Origin: Anthoceros angustus
Lineage: Eukaryota; Plantae; Anthocerotophyta
Direction: 5' to 3'
Length of the DNA: 64,000 nt
Assembly: GCA_010909165.1 (NCBI GenBank)
Contig: MU008156.1
Span: 62,001-126,000 of the forward strand
Shown: piece by piece, positions 12,132-23,656 of the stretch
How positions within the stretch are numbered: position 1 is the first letter of the stretch
Layout: the number at the start of each line of letters is the position of its first letter
Notes under the pieces: model-generated
Databases searched by the model: none
Told to the model about the DNA's origin: nothing
The model's input: the letters and a program-made list of their open reading frames with translations, nothing else
Program-made: the position numbers and the translations under genes

Positions 12132-15100
12132 ATGGATACACTCACATCCGGATCTGTGTCACGGCCAACAGCTTCGTCTTGGACAGCTGCCATATCGAGG
12201 CACAACAAGGCGGGCCGATGGTGGGAGGCTCTCTCGTGCTACGAACAGATGCAGCAAGAAGGAATCGAGCCTGACAAGTACACGATTATCAGCTTGCTTA
12301 AAGTGTGCAGCAGGTTGGAAGACCTGGGAGAGGCCAAGCGGATCCACAGGGACGCAGTTAAACATGGGTTTGGGTCCGATTTGTTCGTGGGGAGCGGTTT
12401 GGTGAGTATGTACGCCAAGTGTGGGAACCTGGTGGAAGCACAGCATGTGTTTGACAGCTTGGCGGAACGTGATGTGGTGTTGTGGAATGCGATGGTCGCA
12501 GGATATGCGAAGCAGGGGCAAGGGCAGAAGGCCTTGCAACTCTTTTGGCGGATGCAGGAGGAAGGGGTGGAGCCGGATGCACGGACTTTTGTCTGCGCTC
12601 TTCAGGCCTGTGGCAGCCTTGCGGAGGAGGAGGGCAGTGTATGTGAGGATGGGCAGAATGTGAAGGCGGAGTCGTTGCGGAAGGGGAGGAGAATACATAT
12701 GGAAGCTGGCAAAAGGGGCTTCGAGAAGGATGTCTTTGTTGGTAACACCTTGGTCAGCATGTATGCCAAGTGTGGAAGCATCGTGGATGCTCAGAAGGTG
12801 TTTTGCAGGCTGTCGGAGCGCAGTGTTGTCTCATGGACTGCAATGCTCGCGGCATACGCCCAGCAGGAGCAAGGGGAAGAGGCCTTTCAGATGTTTCTCC
12901 AGATGCAGGAGGAAGGGGTGTGGCCAGATGCTCGGGCGTTTGTCAGTGTGCTTCGGGCTTGTGGGAGTGTGATAGGGAAGGAGGAGGGTTCGATTGTGGA
13001 TGGGCACCTCGTTAAGGTGGAGTCACTGAGGAAGGTAAGGGAAATACATGCTGCAGCTGCTTTCAGTGGGCTTGAGTCACATGTGTTTATAAGTAGCTCT
13101 CTGGTTAGCTTGTATGCAAAGTGTGGAAGCATAATGGATGCGCAGCAGGTTTTTGATAGACTGTCCACACATGATTTAGTGACATGGAATGCGATGCTTG
13201 CAGCGTATGCTCAGCAGGAGCAAGGGCAAAAGGCCTTGCGGCTGTTTTGGGAGATGCAGAACCGAGGCATCAGGCCAAACGCTAGGTCGTTTGTCAGTGC
13301 TCTCCAGGCATGCGGGAGCCTTGCGGAGGAGGAGGAAAGTGCACTTGTGGATGGACAGTGTGTGAAGGTGAAGTCATTGCGAATGGGAAAGGAATTACAG
13401 GCTGGAGCGGCAGCAAGGGGCTTTGAATCAGACATCTTTGTTGGTAACACGTTTGTTAGCATGTATGCCAAGTGTGGGAGCATCAGGGATGCAAAACAGG
13501 TATTCGATAGATTGTCCAAGCGGAATCTGGTGACATGGAATGCCATTATCGGGGCATATGCCCAGCTGGACCAAGGAGAGCCTGCTTTGCAGCTTTATCA
13601 CCAAATGCATGAGGACGGGATTAGCGGTGATGCTCGGACATTGGTCAGTGCTCTCCAAGCATGTGGCAGCCTCGCAGGAAAGGAGGAAGGTGCACTTCTA
13701 GATGGAAAAGACGTCAAGATAGAGTTGCTGCAGAAGGGGAAGCAAGTACATGCTGCAGCGTCTGGCCGGGGTCTTGAGACAGATGTATTTGTCGGTAGCA
13801 GTTTGGTTAGTATGTACGCAAAGTGTGGTAGCCTCGTGGATGCACAGCAGGTATTTGATGGATTGCCTCTGCGCAACATTGTGTCATGGAATGCAATGAT
13901 TTCAGCGCATGTACAGCAGGACCAGGGTGAAAGGGCTTTGCAGATTTATCATCAATTGCAACATGAGGGAGTGAGGCCAGATGCATGGACCTTTGTGAGC
14001 ACTCTCAAAGCATGTGGCTCACTTGCCGAAAAGGAGGAAAGTGTGTTTGTGGGCTCTCAGAGTGTGAAGGCGGTGTCCCTTCAAACAGGAAAGGAGATAC
14101 ATGCGGCAGCTGCTGGGAGTGGGTTTGAATCAGACGTATTTGTGGGTAACACCTTGGTCAGTATGTATGCAAAATGTGGCAGCATCAAAGATGCACAACA
14201 GGTGTTTGACAGGTTGTCGGATCGCAATGTGGTATCATGGACTGCCATGATTGCAGCATATGCTCAGCAGAGGCAAGGAGACAGGGCTTTGCAAGTCTAT
14301 GCCAGGATGCAAGCAGAAGGGGTGAAGGCAGATGATGCGACATTTGTCTCCATCCTCGAGGCTTGCAGCATCTCAGGGGCATTAAACACCTGTCTGCACA
14401 TCCACGAATGCATCATCGGGAGTGGATTGCAGCATACTCCGTCTGTTGCACGTGGTCTGATTCACGCTTACAGCCATTGTGGGAGCATGGTTGATGCTCA
14501 ACGTGTGTTTGACTCACTCCCCCGTCCTGATGTTGCATCATGGAGTGCACTGATCTTCGGGTATGCCGAGGCCGGAGACTTCGAGAAAAGCAGGCATTGC
14601 TATGAAGATTTGTGCGATGCAGGTGTCAATCCTGACCAATGCACGTTTTTGGCACTTCTGTCGGCCTGCAGCCATGCCGGCAGGGTGGTGGAAGGACTGG
14701 AGTACTTCGAAACCATGATTACAGATCATGGAATACTTGCGGAACTGGAGCACTATGCTTCAGTTATTGATCTGGTTGGTCGAGCAGGCCTCTTCGACAA
14801 GGCAGAATATTTCCTTTCCGAAATGCAGATGGAGCCTGATTTGCCCTTGTGGTTGTGCTTGTTAGCTGCTTGCCGATTACACGGTAACGTGACTCTAGGA
14901 AGGCGTGCATTTGATGCTGCTATCAAGCTAGATCCGGAACAAGCTGCACCCTATGCGATCATGGCAAACATCTATGCTGATGCTGGCAGGTTTGACCATG
15001 CAAGGCGGATAAACGAGTTGAGAAATCTTTCAGGAGCATCAAAAGAGCCTGGTCAGAGCTGGATCCAGCACGGGCAGAAGGTACACTACTTTCTGGTCCG

Positions 15101-15200
15101 AGATCACAGGCATCGGCAAGAAGCACAACTGTATGGAATGTTGAAAAAGCTAAATTCCGAGCTAAAAAATGTTGCCTCTCCTCAACGTTATCTGAATTAA
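12132..15200 (+). CDS. PLS-class pentatricopeptide repeat protein, E/E+ type (no DYW domain), with extended L motifs; organellar RNA-editing specificity factor
   Basis: Intact single-exon 1022-aa ORF; repeated VxWNAM..GY / TFVSALQAC / VFVGNTLVSMYAKCG triplets; ACSHAG..G, HYASVIDLVGRAG, E domain, PG box EPGQSWI, then stop. Confidence 0.95.
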   Translation: MDTLTSGSVSRPTASSWTAAISRHNKAGRWWEALSCYEQMQQEGIEPDKYTIISLLKVCSRLEDLGEAKRIHRDAVKHGFGSDLFVGSGLVSMYAKCGNLVEAQHVFDSLAERDVVLWNAMVAGYAKQGQGQKALQLFWRMQEEGVEPDARTFVCALQACGSLAEEEGSVCEDGQNVKAESLRKGRRIHMEAGKRGFEKDVFVGNTLVSMYAKCGSIVDAQKVFCRLSERSVVSWTAMLAAYAQQEQGEEAFQMFLQMQEEGVWPDARAFVSVLRACGSVIGKEEGSIVDGHLVKVESLRKVREIHAAAAFSGLESHVFISSSLVSLYAKCGSIMDAQQVFDRLSTHDLVTWNAMLAAYAQQEQGQKALRLFWEMQNRGIRPNARSFVSALQACGSLAEEEESALVDGQCVKVKSLRMGKELQAGAAARGFESDIFVGNTFVSMYAKCGSIRDAKQVFDRLSKRNLVTWNAIIGAYAQLDQGEPALQLYHQMHEDGISGDARTLVSALQACGSLAGKEEGALLDGKDVKIELLQKGKQVHAAASGRGLETDVFVGSSLVSMYAKCGSLVDAQQVFDGLPLRNIVSWNAMISAHVQQDQGERALQIYHQLQHEGVRPDAWTFVSTLKACGSLAEKEESVFVGSQSVKAVSLQTGKEIHAAAAGSGFESDVFVGNTLVSMYAKCGSIKDAQQVFDRLSDRNVVSWTAMIAAYAQQRQGDRALQVYARMQAEGVKADDATFVSILEACSISGALNTCLHIHECIIGSGLQHTPSVARGLIHAYSHCGSMVDAQRVFDSLPRPDVASWSALIFGYAEAGDFEKSRHCYEDLCDAGVNPDQCTFLALLSACSHAGRVVEGLEYFETMITDHGILAELEHYASVIDLVGRAGLFDKAEYFLSEMQMEPDLPLWLCLLAACRLHGNVTLGRRAFDAAIKLDPEQAAPYAIMANIYADAGRFDHARRINELRNLSGASKEPGQSWIQHGQKVHYFLVRDHRHRQEAQLYGMLKKLNSELKNVASPQRYLN

Positions 15201-15810
15201 AGAAACCGGTAACCCCATCTCAGGGGTTCTTTCCGCGCATCCTGCGCACAATCCTGTAGGCTCAGATCAACAACCGCGTCCTTGGAACACTAACGTCCAG
15301 TCACAAATTCTCAAGTTGTATCCTGCCACCAAACCTGCAAACTGCAAAGCACAGAAACACTGGACATTCTCGAGCGGTCATCCGCATTCATGACAGCGGG
15401 CGTCTTCCGCAGAGAAAACGCACAGAAGCGCTAGCGGCCTATGGCGCCACGACGAAAAACACATTACGTCTCATCAGAGCGCGCAGAGGAAGCGCACGCA
15501 CCATCTATGTGGCGCGGGATTCGCAGCAATCCGCAAGCTGGGACCTGAAGGAAGGAGCACGACGTGGCGGCGATGTAGGCGCGAAAACGGGCGGGAAAAC
15601 AAGGACTACGTTTCCGTACGTCGAGAGCGCGTATGTTTTGCCCTGACTGTCCAGACTCCAGAATGGCCTTCATCCGCTACTAGCAGGCAGGACCACACTT
15701 GATCCACTCTCTCATGGATTGAACTGTAGATGCCGGCATCGTTCCTCGGGTCCCGGAGCCCTGGAGGTTAGCAACTTTGTTCCCACAGCCACAAAACAGC
15801 CGCAAAACAA

Positions 15811-18800
15811 GAAGTTGCAAACTTGCAAATCCGCTCTCATCTTGCAACAAGCTGAATCTGGCAAGCGCCGCCCCGATTCCCGAGGATCTGAGCCAAATTC
15901 CAGGCCTGCACCCCCGGTCCCTGATCTCCATAACCCAGCCAGGTCGCAATTGAGTCCAGACGAGGCAGACGCCGCGCGTACCCCTGCGCCGCTCGAGAGG
16001 TGGCAGGATCCGTGTTAGCCATCCATGTCTCAGTTTGAACAGGATCGAGTCAAGCAAGCACATTCACCCCTGAGCACCTGTCACCGTCACGGTCGACCCT
16101 TACAACTGCAACAGCCAGCTGCGAATCGATGCACACGGTACCCATCCCTTACAACAATGTCTCTCTGTTCAAGCTTTGACATGATTTCCGTGGAACTGTG
16201 GCAGTCACTGCACATGCGTAGATTCTTTGTTACCACCAGAGGTGTCCCACTCGGAGTGTTTAAGAGACCAAACGCAAGAGCTAGCTTCTCAGCATGCCCA
16301 CAAAGCACCTCTTCCTTTTCCTTCTCACACACTGACTTCAACACCAACTTTGTGTGAGGTATGTGGCCTCCTTCCTGCTTCAGACGTGCATTTGTGCTCT
16401 CTACCATAAGCGCAATATCCTTTCTCCTTTCCCCCACCCGGAATGTGTGTACCTCCTTATTCACCTCAATGGTTGCCACTGCAGGTTTCTTGTTAGCTCC
16501 TGCTGCCCTTCTCTGTGTTTCAATCCTGTCTACATCGGTCCACCTACCTGCATCTGCGTAGGCATTGGCCATGAGCACATACGCAGACGCCCTGAGGTCC
16601 AGCCTAACAATGCTTTCAAAACACCACATCGCCCTCTCTATATCCCGTGACTTTTGCAGGCATTCAACAAAGACGTCAAGCCCACAACATTACTTTGGCC
16701 GTTACATGATAATAGCATCTTCTCTGCCTCATCTAAATGGCCTGCACGCCCAAGAAGATCAATCATGCAATGTAATGCTCAATAGTAGGTTTGATGCCAT
16801 GCTGTTCAGCCATAGAATCAAAGTGTTTGCGACCCTCATGGACCAGTCCCTCGTGGCTGCATGCTCCTAGAAGGCAAGTAAAAGTAGCATCATTAGGATG
16901 AATACCGGCAACTAACATCTCCTCAAAACAAGCTAGTGCCTTGTGACCTTCATCACAAGCACCATACCCAGATATCAGGGCATTCCATGTCACCACATCC
17001 TTTGTGCCTATGCTGTCAAAAACCTGGCGTGCATCCAGTTCACCACATTTTGCATACATGTCCACCAGGCAGTTGCCCACCACTACATCCAGCAGTCCTC
17101 TTTCGACAATCTGTGAGTGCAGCTGCCTACCCTTCTGTAAGGCACCAGTGCTGGCACAGGCGTTCAGAAGGCAAGCAAAAGTAACATGGTCAGCCAAAAT
17201 CAGGCCTCCTGCTCCATTTGTCCACACAACAAGCGCCTCTTGGCGAGTCCTTGCTGTGCATACCCAGCAATCAGGGCATTCCATGTCACCACATCCTTTG
17301 TTCATGCTGTCAAAAACCTGGCGTGCATATTCCAGTTCACCACATTTCGCATACATGTCCACCAGGCAGGTGCCCACCTTTACATCATCCAGCAGTCCTC
17401 TTTCGACAATCTGTGAGTGCAGCTGCCCTTCTGTAAGGCACCAGTGCTTGCACAGGCCTTCAGAAGGCAAGCAAAAGTAACATGGTTAGCCAAAATGAGG
17501 CCCCGCCTCCATTTGTCCATACACAAGCGCCTCTTGGAGTCCTTGCTGTGCATACCCAGCAATCAGGGCATTCCATGTCACCACATCCTTTGTGGCCAAG
17601 CTGTCAAAAACCTGGCGTGCATCTTCCAGTTCACCACATTTTGTATACATGTCCACCAGGCAGTTGCCCACCACTACGCCATCCAGCAGTCCTCTTTCGA
17701 CAATCTGTGAGTGCAGCTGCCTGCCCTTCTGTAAGGCACCAGTGCTTGCACAGGCCTTCAGAAGGCAAGCAAAAGTAAAATGGTCAGCTAAAATCAGCCC
17801 CTCCTGCTCCATTTGTCCATACAAAACAAGCGCCTCATGTCCAAGCCCTTGCTGTGCATACCCAGCAATCAGGGCATTCCATGTCACCACATTCTTTGTG
17901 TTCATGCTGTCGAAAACCTGGCGTGCCTCTTTCAGTTCACCACATTTTGCATACATGTCCACCAGGCAGGTGGCAACAAACAAGTCAGGAGGAATGCCAC
18001 TGTGCAACACATCACAGTGCACTTTTCTGCCACATTCCAAGTCGGCGGCATATGCACAAGCTTGTAGGGCAGCTACAAAGACGTGACCATTCGGCTTCAC
18101 TCCTGACTTGCGCATCTCATGGTACAGTTGTATGGCCTTATTCGGTTTCCCATGTTTAGCATGAGATTATGGAAGACCACATGAAGGCATCTGGTTTGCC
18201 ACCCTGGTGAACACATCCATGGCCTCCTCTAGCCTACCTCCACATGCATACATGCGCAAGATATGGTTCCCCAAGTATGCATTCGACTCGTACCCAAGTT
18301 TGACAGTGAGGTCATGCACGCGTCGTCCCACAACCAAATCCTTGTGGGTTGTACATAGTTTCAGCACAGTGGAAAACAGAGACTGAGAAAATAGCGTCTG
18401 TCTGCCAGAGATTCCAGGGCTCCAACGGCCTCTGAAAGCTTCCCCTGCTGACACAACGTGCTCACAGTTACAGCCTTAACAACACCCGTATCCGAGCCTG
18501 CACGGCTGCCTTGTTCAGTCTTATCCGGAGAGCTGGACTTGGAAGGGGCGGCACCATGGCCCATGTGCATATCCAAGGAGACGAGCTGCTCATCAACCCA
18601 AGCTGGCTTAAACATGTGGTTTAACCGCCGCACCTCGCCGGACCCCTTACGCCGGAAGTCAGGCAAACGGGAGCTCCTCTTATCTCGTCCGTTGTCCCAC
18701 CACATGGTAGGGTCCAGAAAAAATCGTTGCCACAAGTGCTCCTGCTCCTTGCAACGACCATCGCTGTAAAACCCGTCCCTACCCACACACTGTTTCGGAA

Positions 18801-19770
18801 GTGGAAGTGCTGGGCTCCTTACTCTGCTGCACCTGGAGGCTTTATTTGCCAGGGGTTGACTCCCTAAGATGAGGTGAGCGGGAGCTCCTCGTAGAATCCC
18901 TGTAGAAACACCAATTTGTTGAGTCCACAACAGTTCCGGTTGCCATACTGTGGCCATCCCTCAGACGAGTCTAACAAAAGACTATGGCAGAAGGCCCAGC
19001 CACTATGTATGACGACACCAAACTGCCAAATAGATTGTTCGGAGGTGCATGGACAGGACAAGGCCGCTCATAAACGCATCCCTTCTGCGCGCACTAACCC
19101 TCAGCCTTCACAGCAGCCAGGCCCTGGGACTGACCTGGACAGTGAATGGCAGTGCTCACAAAGCTGCTGGACAGGGGGCCCGGGCATTTAAGCTGTGCTC
19201 AGGACCTGGCAAAATGCCGCAAAATACATAGCAAGGCTGGACTGCACCGGGAGAAAGTAGCATTGGCACCTGCTCCTGCTCCTGGAGAACGTGGCATTGG
19301 CACCTGCAACCTTCTTCCAGGCATGGTCATTGTTGACTTCGGGCTGTTAAGCTGCTACCAAGTTGGACGACGTCGCAGGGCTCGAACAGGCGGCAATCAC
19401 GGGAGAGAGCTGCGTTGACAACTCTTTGTCCCGTAAAATCGTTCGCAGGATTCCCGAACCTGAGCTCGGCTCAACACCAAAATTTGCCACTTTTCGCCGC
19501 AGGTGGCAGAAACATCCAGGCTTGGCGATGGGATCCCTCCCTTCCTTTTCTGCTGTCGTAGAGGTGGTAACCTTATTCTCGAAGCGAATAATAATTAACG
19601 AAACGAGAAGTTGCAAAAGCTTGCAAATCCACTCTCATCTTCCTGCAAGCCGAAGCCGGCAAGGGCACCCCCGATTCCATAGGATCTAATTCCAGGCCTG
19701 CACCGGGGCCCGATCCGTGGTCTCCAAGACCCAGCCAGATCGCAAACGAGTCCACACGAGGCAGACGCCG
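15811..19770. repeat. Diverged ~165-bp direct repeats (15811-15974, 19607-19770) bracketing the DYW:KP gene
   Basis: Shared blocks GAAGTTGCAAA, TTGCAAATCC.CTCTCATCTT, AATTCCAGGCCTGCACC, ACCCAGCCAG.TCGCAA and ACGAGGCAGACGCCG. Confidence 0.75.
16087..18957 (-). CDS. PLS-PPR with DYW:KP (GRP-ending) deaminase-like domain and N-terminal PDF motif; candidate U-to-C editing factor; frameshifted in this assembly
   Basis: C-terminus KKPAVATIEV...LCGHAEKLALAFGLLNTP...KNLRMCSDCH...HRFAAGCCSCKGRP. PLS triplets span 16760-18450 over several frames. The N-terminal ORF 18361-18957 has a transit-peptide-like start and WQRFFLDPTMWWDN..K..RLPDFRRK. Confidence 0.85.
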
Positions 19771-21301
19771 AAGAAATCTCCCCCGCGCCTCCTCTGAGGT
19801 GCAGAGCTCAAGTGCAGATCTCCAGGTACGTGGTGAACCTGGCCCGCTGGTGATGGGTGGCGACAGCAAGTTGGAAGATGGCGCTGCAACGCCCAAGAAC
19901 TGCCATTACGTGCAAGCTTGCCAAGTCCTGAACATGTAGGGGGGTTTGGGTTCATGGCGGCAGTTTGTAGTAAATCCTTGTGACGCGTGAAAGCGCTCCT
20001 GCTCATGCAACCAACAGTGGGAATGCTGCTCTGCTTTTGTTTTGAAATACAACTCCCACAGTGGTGGGTGGATTGATTCTTGCCTAAATCAAAATCTGGT
20101 TTGTGTGTCGGGCAGGGGAGAACTTGCTGAACTCGATACATGCTAAAGGGGCGCAGCTGGCTGGTGGTTCCAGCAGGCTGAATCCTCAGCCTGCTGGAAT
20201 CTGCTGAATCAAGCGAACTTTGTTGTTTGCTGCCAGGCCTGTTGTCTTAATGCTTTTTGCTTTGACCATATCGTATAACAATCTGCTGGACATTTCAGAG
20301 ACTGTCTCCATGGTGTGGCAGTGAGTCATCGATTTTGCCTCAAGATATGCTGCAAAGCTAATTCTATGGTCCTTGTCTACCTATCCCGAGTATGTCCCGA
20401 GTATCCAATAGCGGGCTGTTGGAAATTTGTGCTGATTAGCTAGAATGCCTTGTTGCTGCTGGTGTTTGCATCTTTGCTGACGTAGGAAGACACCGCTGTG
20501 CTTTCGGCACGACATTTGTTCCTTTGTCCCTTGGTTGCGCGTGCCAGGCTCGCTCTAGTGAACCATTCCCCGAGTGAGTTTCCCCGAACTCCCTCAGGAT
20601 ATAATTCTGCCCTCTACACTCCTAAGCTATATGAACTAGGAAGAGAGAGATATGTTTGAAGTCTACTAAAAGAGGGGAAAAAACATAGCACCCGCTGTAG
20701 CACCTACATTTTTTTTCAGAGAAAACAACTCTAGGACCTATGTACCCAGTACCTATATATGTATGTGAGAGATCAGTTGAAATATGAGAGATAACACTAT
20801 TAAGGGCAACAAAATACATAGGAGGTGGTAGCCCTTTCTCGTGTTTATCTTTGGTTCTGGGAACGCCCGGATTCCCTCGTGCGAGAGTTCATAGCCTCCA
20901 TAATCGTAATGGTTTTCCACGCATGCACATGTGGAGGCTAGTAGGAAACAAAAGGGTAAAAAAAGAGAATGACTACGAGTAGGCCACTGGACAAGATTAC
21001 GGAAACGTGTGACGCGAGTTACCAGAGCGAGCGAAGGAGGAAGGCATCGGACCATAGCAAGGAGGCCACGGCAAGGAGGCAGGAAGGCTCGCAAGGGTGG
21101 CGAGAGCACGCAGCTGCAGCAAGCGCAAGCGACCTGACGAACCCTGGGCATGGCGCAGCGCGCCCCTGGGCTATGGCGCGCACGCACCAACAACAACAGC
21201 AGCAGCAGCAGCATCAGCAACAGCAGCGGCCACCACCCTGGCCTCAGGCTCACCAGCCTGATGGCGCAGCGGGAGGAGGGGGAGCAGCAACGGCGGCGGC
21301 G

Positions 21302-23656
21302 ATGAAGGCGGCGCGCCACGGCCGGCGTGGCGCCGCGAAGGGAGGGTGCGGCTGCCGCGGCTGCAGCCGCAGCGGCAGCAGCGGCTCAGCCACGGCTGGA
21401 GATGAGGACCAAGGTGGTGGTGCGACATCTGCCGCCGGCAATGGGAGCGGCGGCGCTGGCCGAGGAGCTGGAGAGCAGGTTCGGGGAATGTTCACATGGA
21501 TGGCCCTGAGGCCGGGCAAGGCGAGCCACAGGCGGCAGGTGCACGGGGTGGCGTACATCAATTTTAACAGCCCTGAGGATGTGCTGCGCTTCTACGAGGA
21601 CTTCGAGGGCCATGTGTTCGTGAGCGAGAAGGGGGCGCAGAGCAAGGCCGCCTTGGAGTACGCTCCCTACCAGCGCGTGCCCAAGCCCGACCTCAAGAAG
21701 GATGCGCGGGAGGGCACCATTTTCAGGGATCCCGACTACCTGGCCTTCCTGGACACGCTGGGCAAGCCGCAGGAGTTCCTCCCCAGCGCCGAGGTGCAGC
21801 TGGAGCGGCGGGAGGCGGAGAAGGCCCGTGGCCAACGGCGTCAAGGACCCCGTGGTGGTGACCCCGTTGATGGAGTTTGCGGCAGAAGCGCGCGGCCAGG
21901 CGGCCCCCAGATCCATGTCCACGGCCGCCAAGCTGGCTGCCAGGCTCGGGTCCGGGGATGAAGATCTCGGTGCGGGGGACAAGGGCGGGGGCCTGCCAGA
22001 GCAGGAGGCAGCGTCTGTGTTGTCAAGCGGGTCCGTTTCCCGAGCTGGAGGCTACGAGGGCTTGGGGTCGGGGTCGGTGGTGGCCCGCCGGGACGAGCAG
22101 CAGCAGCAGCAGCCGCGCAGGGAGCGGGATGTGGACAGGAGGAGGAAGGAGGCAGGGGATGTCAAGGAGAAGAAGTTGGTGCGAGAGGCTGTGGCCGCGG
22201 CTTTGTCGTCCACCCGGACCAGTCTGCGCGCGGACTCCGGCAGCGGGGACCATGTTCAGGTTGCCAAGTCTGGTCAAGATGGCTTGCCGGATGCTGACTC
22301 TCGGGGCCCTTCTCCAGGTAGGGTTTTGAGGATTGACCCTATCTTTCATTCACATGAGCAGATTGCAGCCTGTGGTGATTGTGCCTGACCCTTGTGGTGC
22401 TTTGCGGTGTTGCAGCAGGCAGTGGCTCATATACTCATCGTAGTCGTCCGCCACAGTCTCCCAAGCATGGCTCGTTGCAGGTTTCCCACTTAGGAGGAGC
22501 AGGTTCTGTCTCCGCCAACTCGAAACCAAGCCACGGCAAGGAAGCTGGGGCGAGGGGTTTTCGAGGTATGGTATCTAACCAGCTGTCTCTCCTGCAGCCT
22601 AGTTCCCCGCACACGCCTTTGCAAGAGAGTCAGAACCAGCAGCCACAGCAGCAGCAGCCCTTTCAGCAGGCTGATAAAGGTAAGAGGCCCCCTAGGCCAG
22701 GCGTTAGGGTCTCTGGCAAGGAACACCTTGCTACTTTGTCTTTGTCTGCCGGCACTCCTGAGGATGGGGATGTGCAGCGGAGCCCCTCTCATGGGGTGAG
22801 AAACGGAAGTTCATATAATCATGGGTCTGCGGATGCATTCTTGGCAGGTTCTAGATCGGAGAAACAGGATACGAGGAGGGTCAGGAACAAGGACAGGCCT
22901 GATCGTCCTGTTTGGACACCTCGCCGCCGTGCTGACGGTGTTCCAGATCCTGTGGCGATTGCTACTGCTTCTGGGTCAGCGTTATTACCATCAGCCACTT
23001 CCGGGATGCCAGCAATAACGGCTGGGGCAGCTGTAGGGATCCCTCAGCCTGTAACTGATGTGACTTCCAAGGCAGACAGGAGCGTCCGCAATCCACATCC
23101 TCGCCAGGGAGGGAAGTCTAATGCAGGGCAGATGTTTGTTACGGTTGACCGAGGGGCAGAAACTGGCCAAGCAGATACTGTCAATCAATCTGACCCTGTG
23201 TTGGAAACCTTCTCGCCTTCTTCCAGGAAAGGCAAATACCCGGAGTTCCTCCGGCTGTCTCGAGGGGCACGGGCGATTGCTCCACATGCCGGTCAAGACA
23301 ATTTGACACCTATCGAGACTGAAGGCAGAAGCCAGCCCAGCATTCTGGACTTGAAGGGTCAATTAGGCCAAGGCCATCTGGATAATGGTGAAACAATCAG
23401 CTGTCCTATGCTTCAGTCGGTCACACTGAAGGATAGGAAAAAGCAGGAGGCTCCTTCAATTTGGAATGAGCTAGGCGGAACACCTAAGCAGGTTGGCAGA
23501 AGGGACCGCAGTTTTCAGCAAGGGTTGAAAGAGGCGGAAAGCTTTCTTGGGGTGCCTGATTCTGGCAAAGGTGTGAAGCGAGGGGGTGCAATTGCACTAG
23601 GAGGAAGTGAGAAGCAGGTATGGGTTGCTGTCCAGAAAGCAGGAACAGGCCCATAG
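21302..23656 (+). CDS. UPF3: Regulator of nonsense transcripts UPF3 (NMD factor)
   Basis: RTKVVVRHLPP, AYINF..PEDV..F...F.GHVFVSEKG, ALEYAPYQRVPK, DAREGTIFRDPDY (Smg4/UPF3 RRM); RNKDRPDRPVWTP; C-terminal KQVWV. Likely intron ~22318-22418. Two apparent frameshifts (~21490, ~21830) lie in very GC-rich DNA; the start codon is uncertain. Confidence 0.9.

Noticed and set aside
12159-14753. Antisense and alternate-frame ORFs over the PPR genes (also 16936-18159)
   Set aside because: They are shadows of the repetitive PPR coding sequence.
20969-21300. Long poly-Q N-terminal extension of UPF3
   Set aside because: It joins the RRM core only through the apparent frameshift; the CAG/CAA tract may be 5' UTR.
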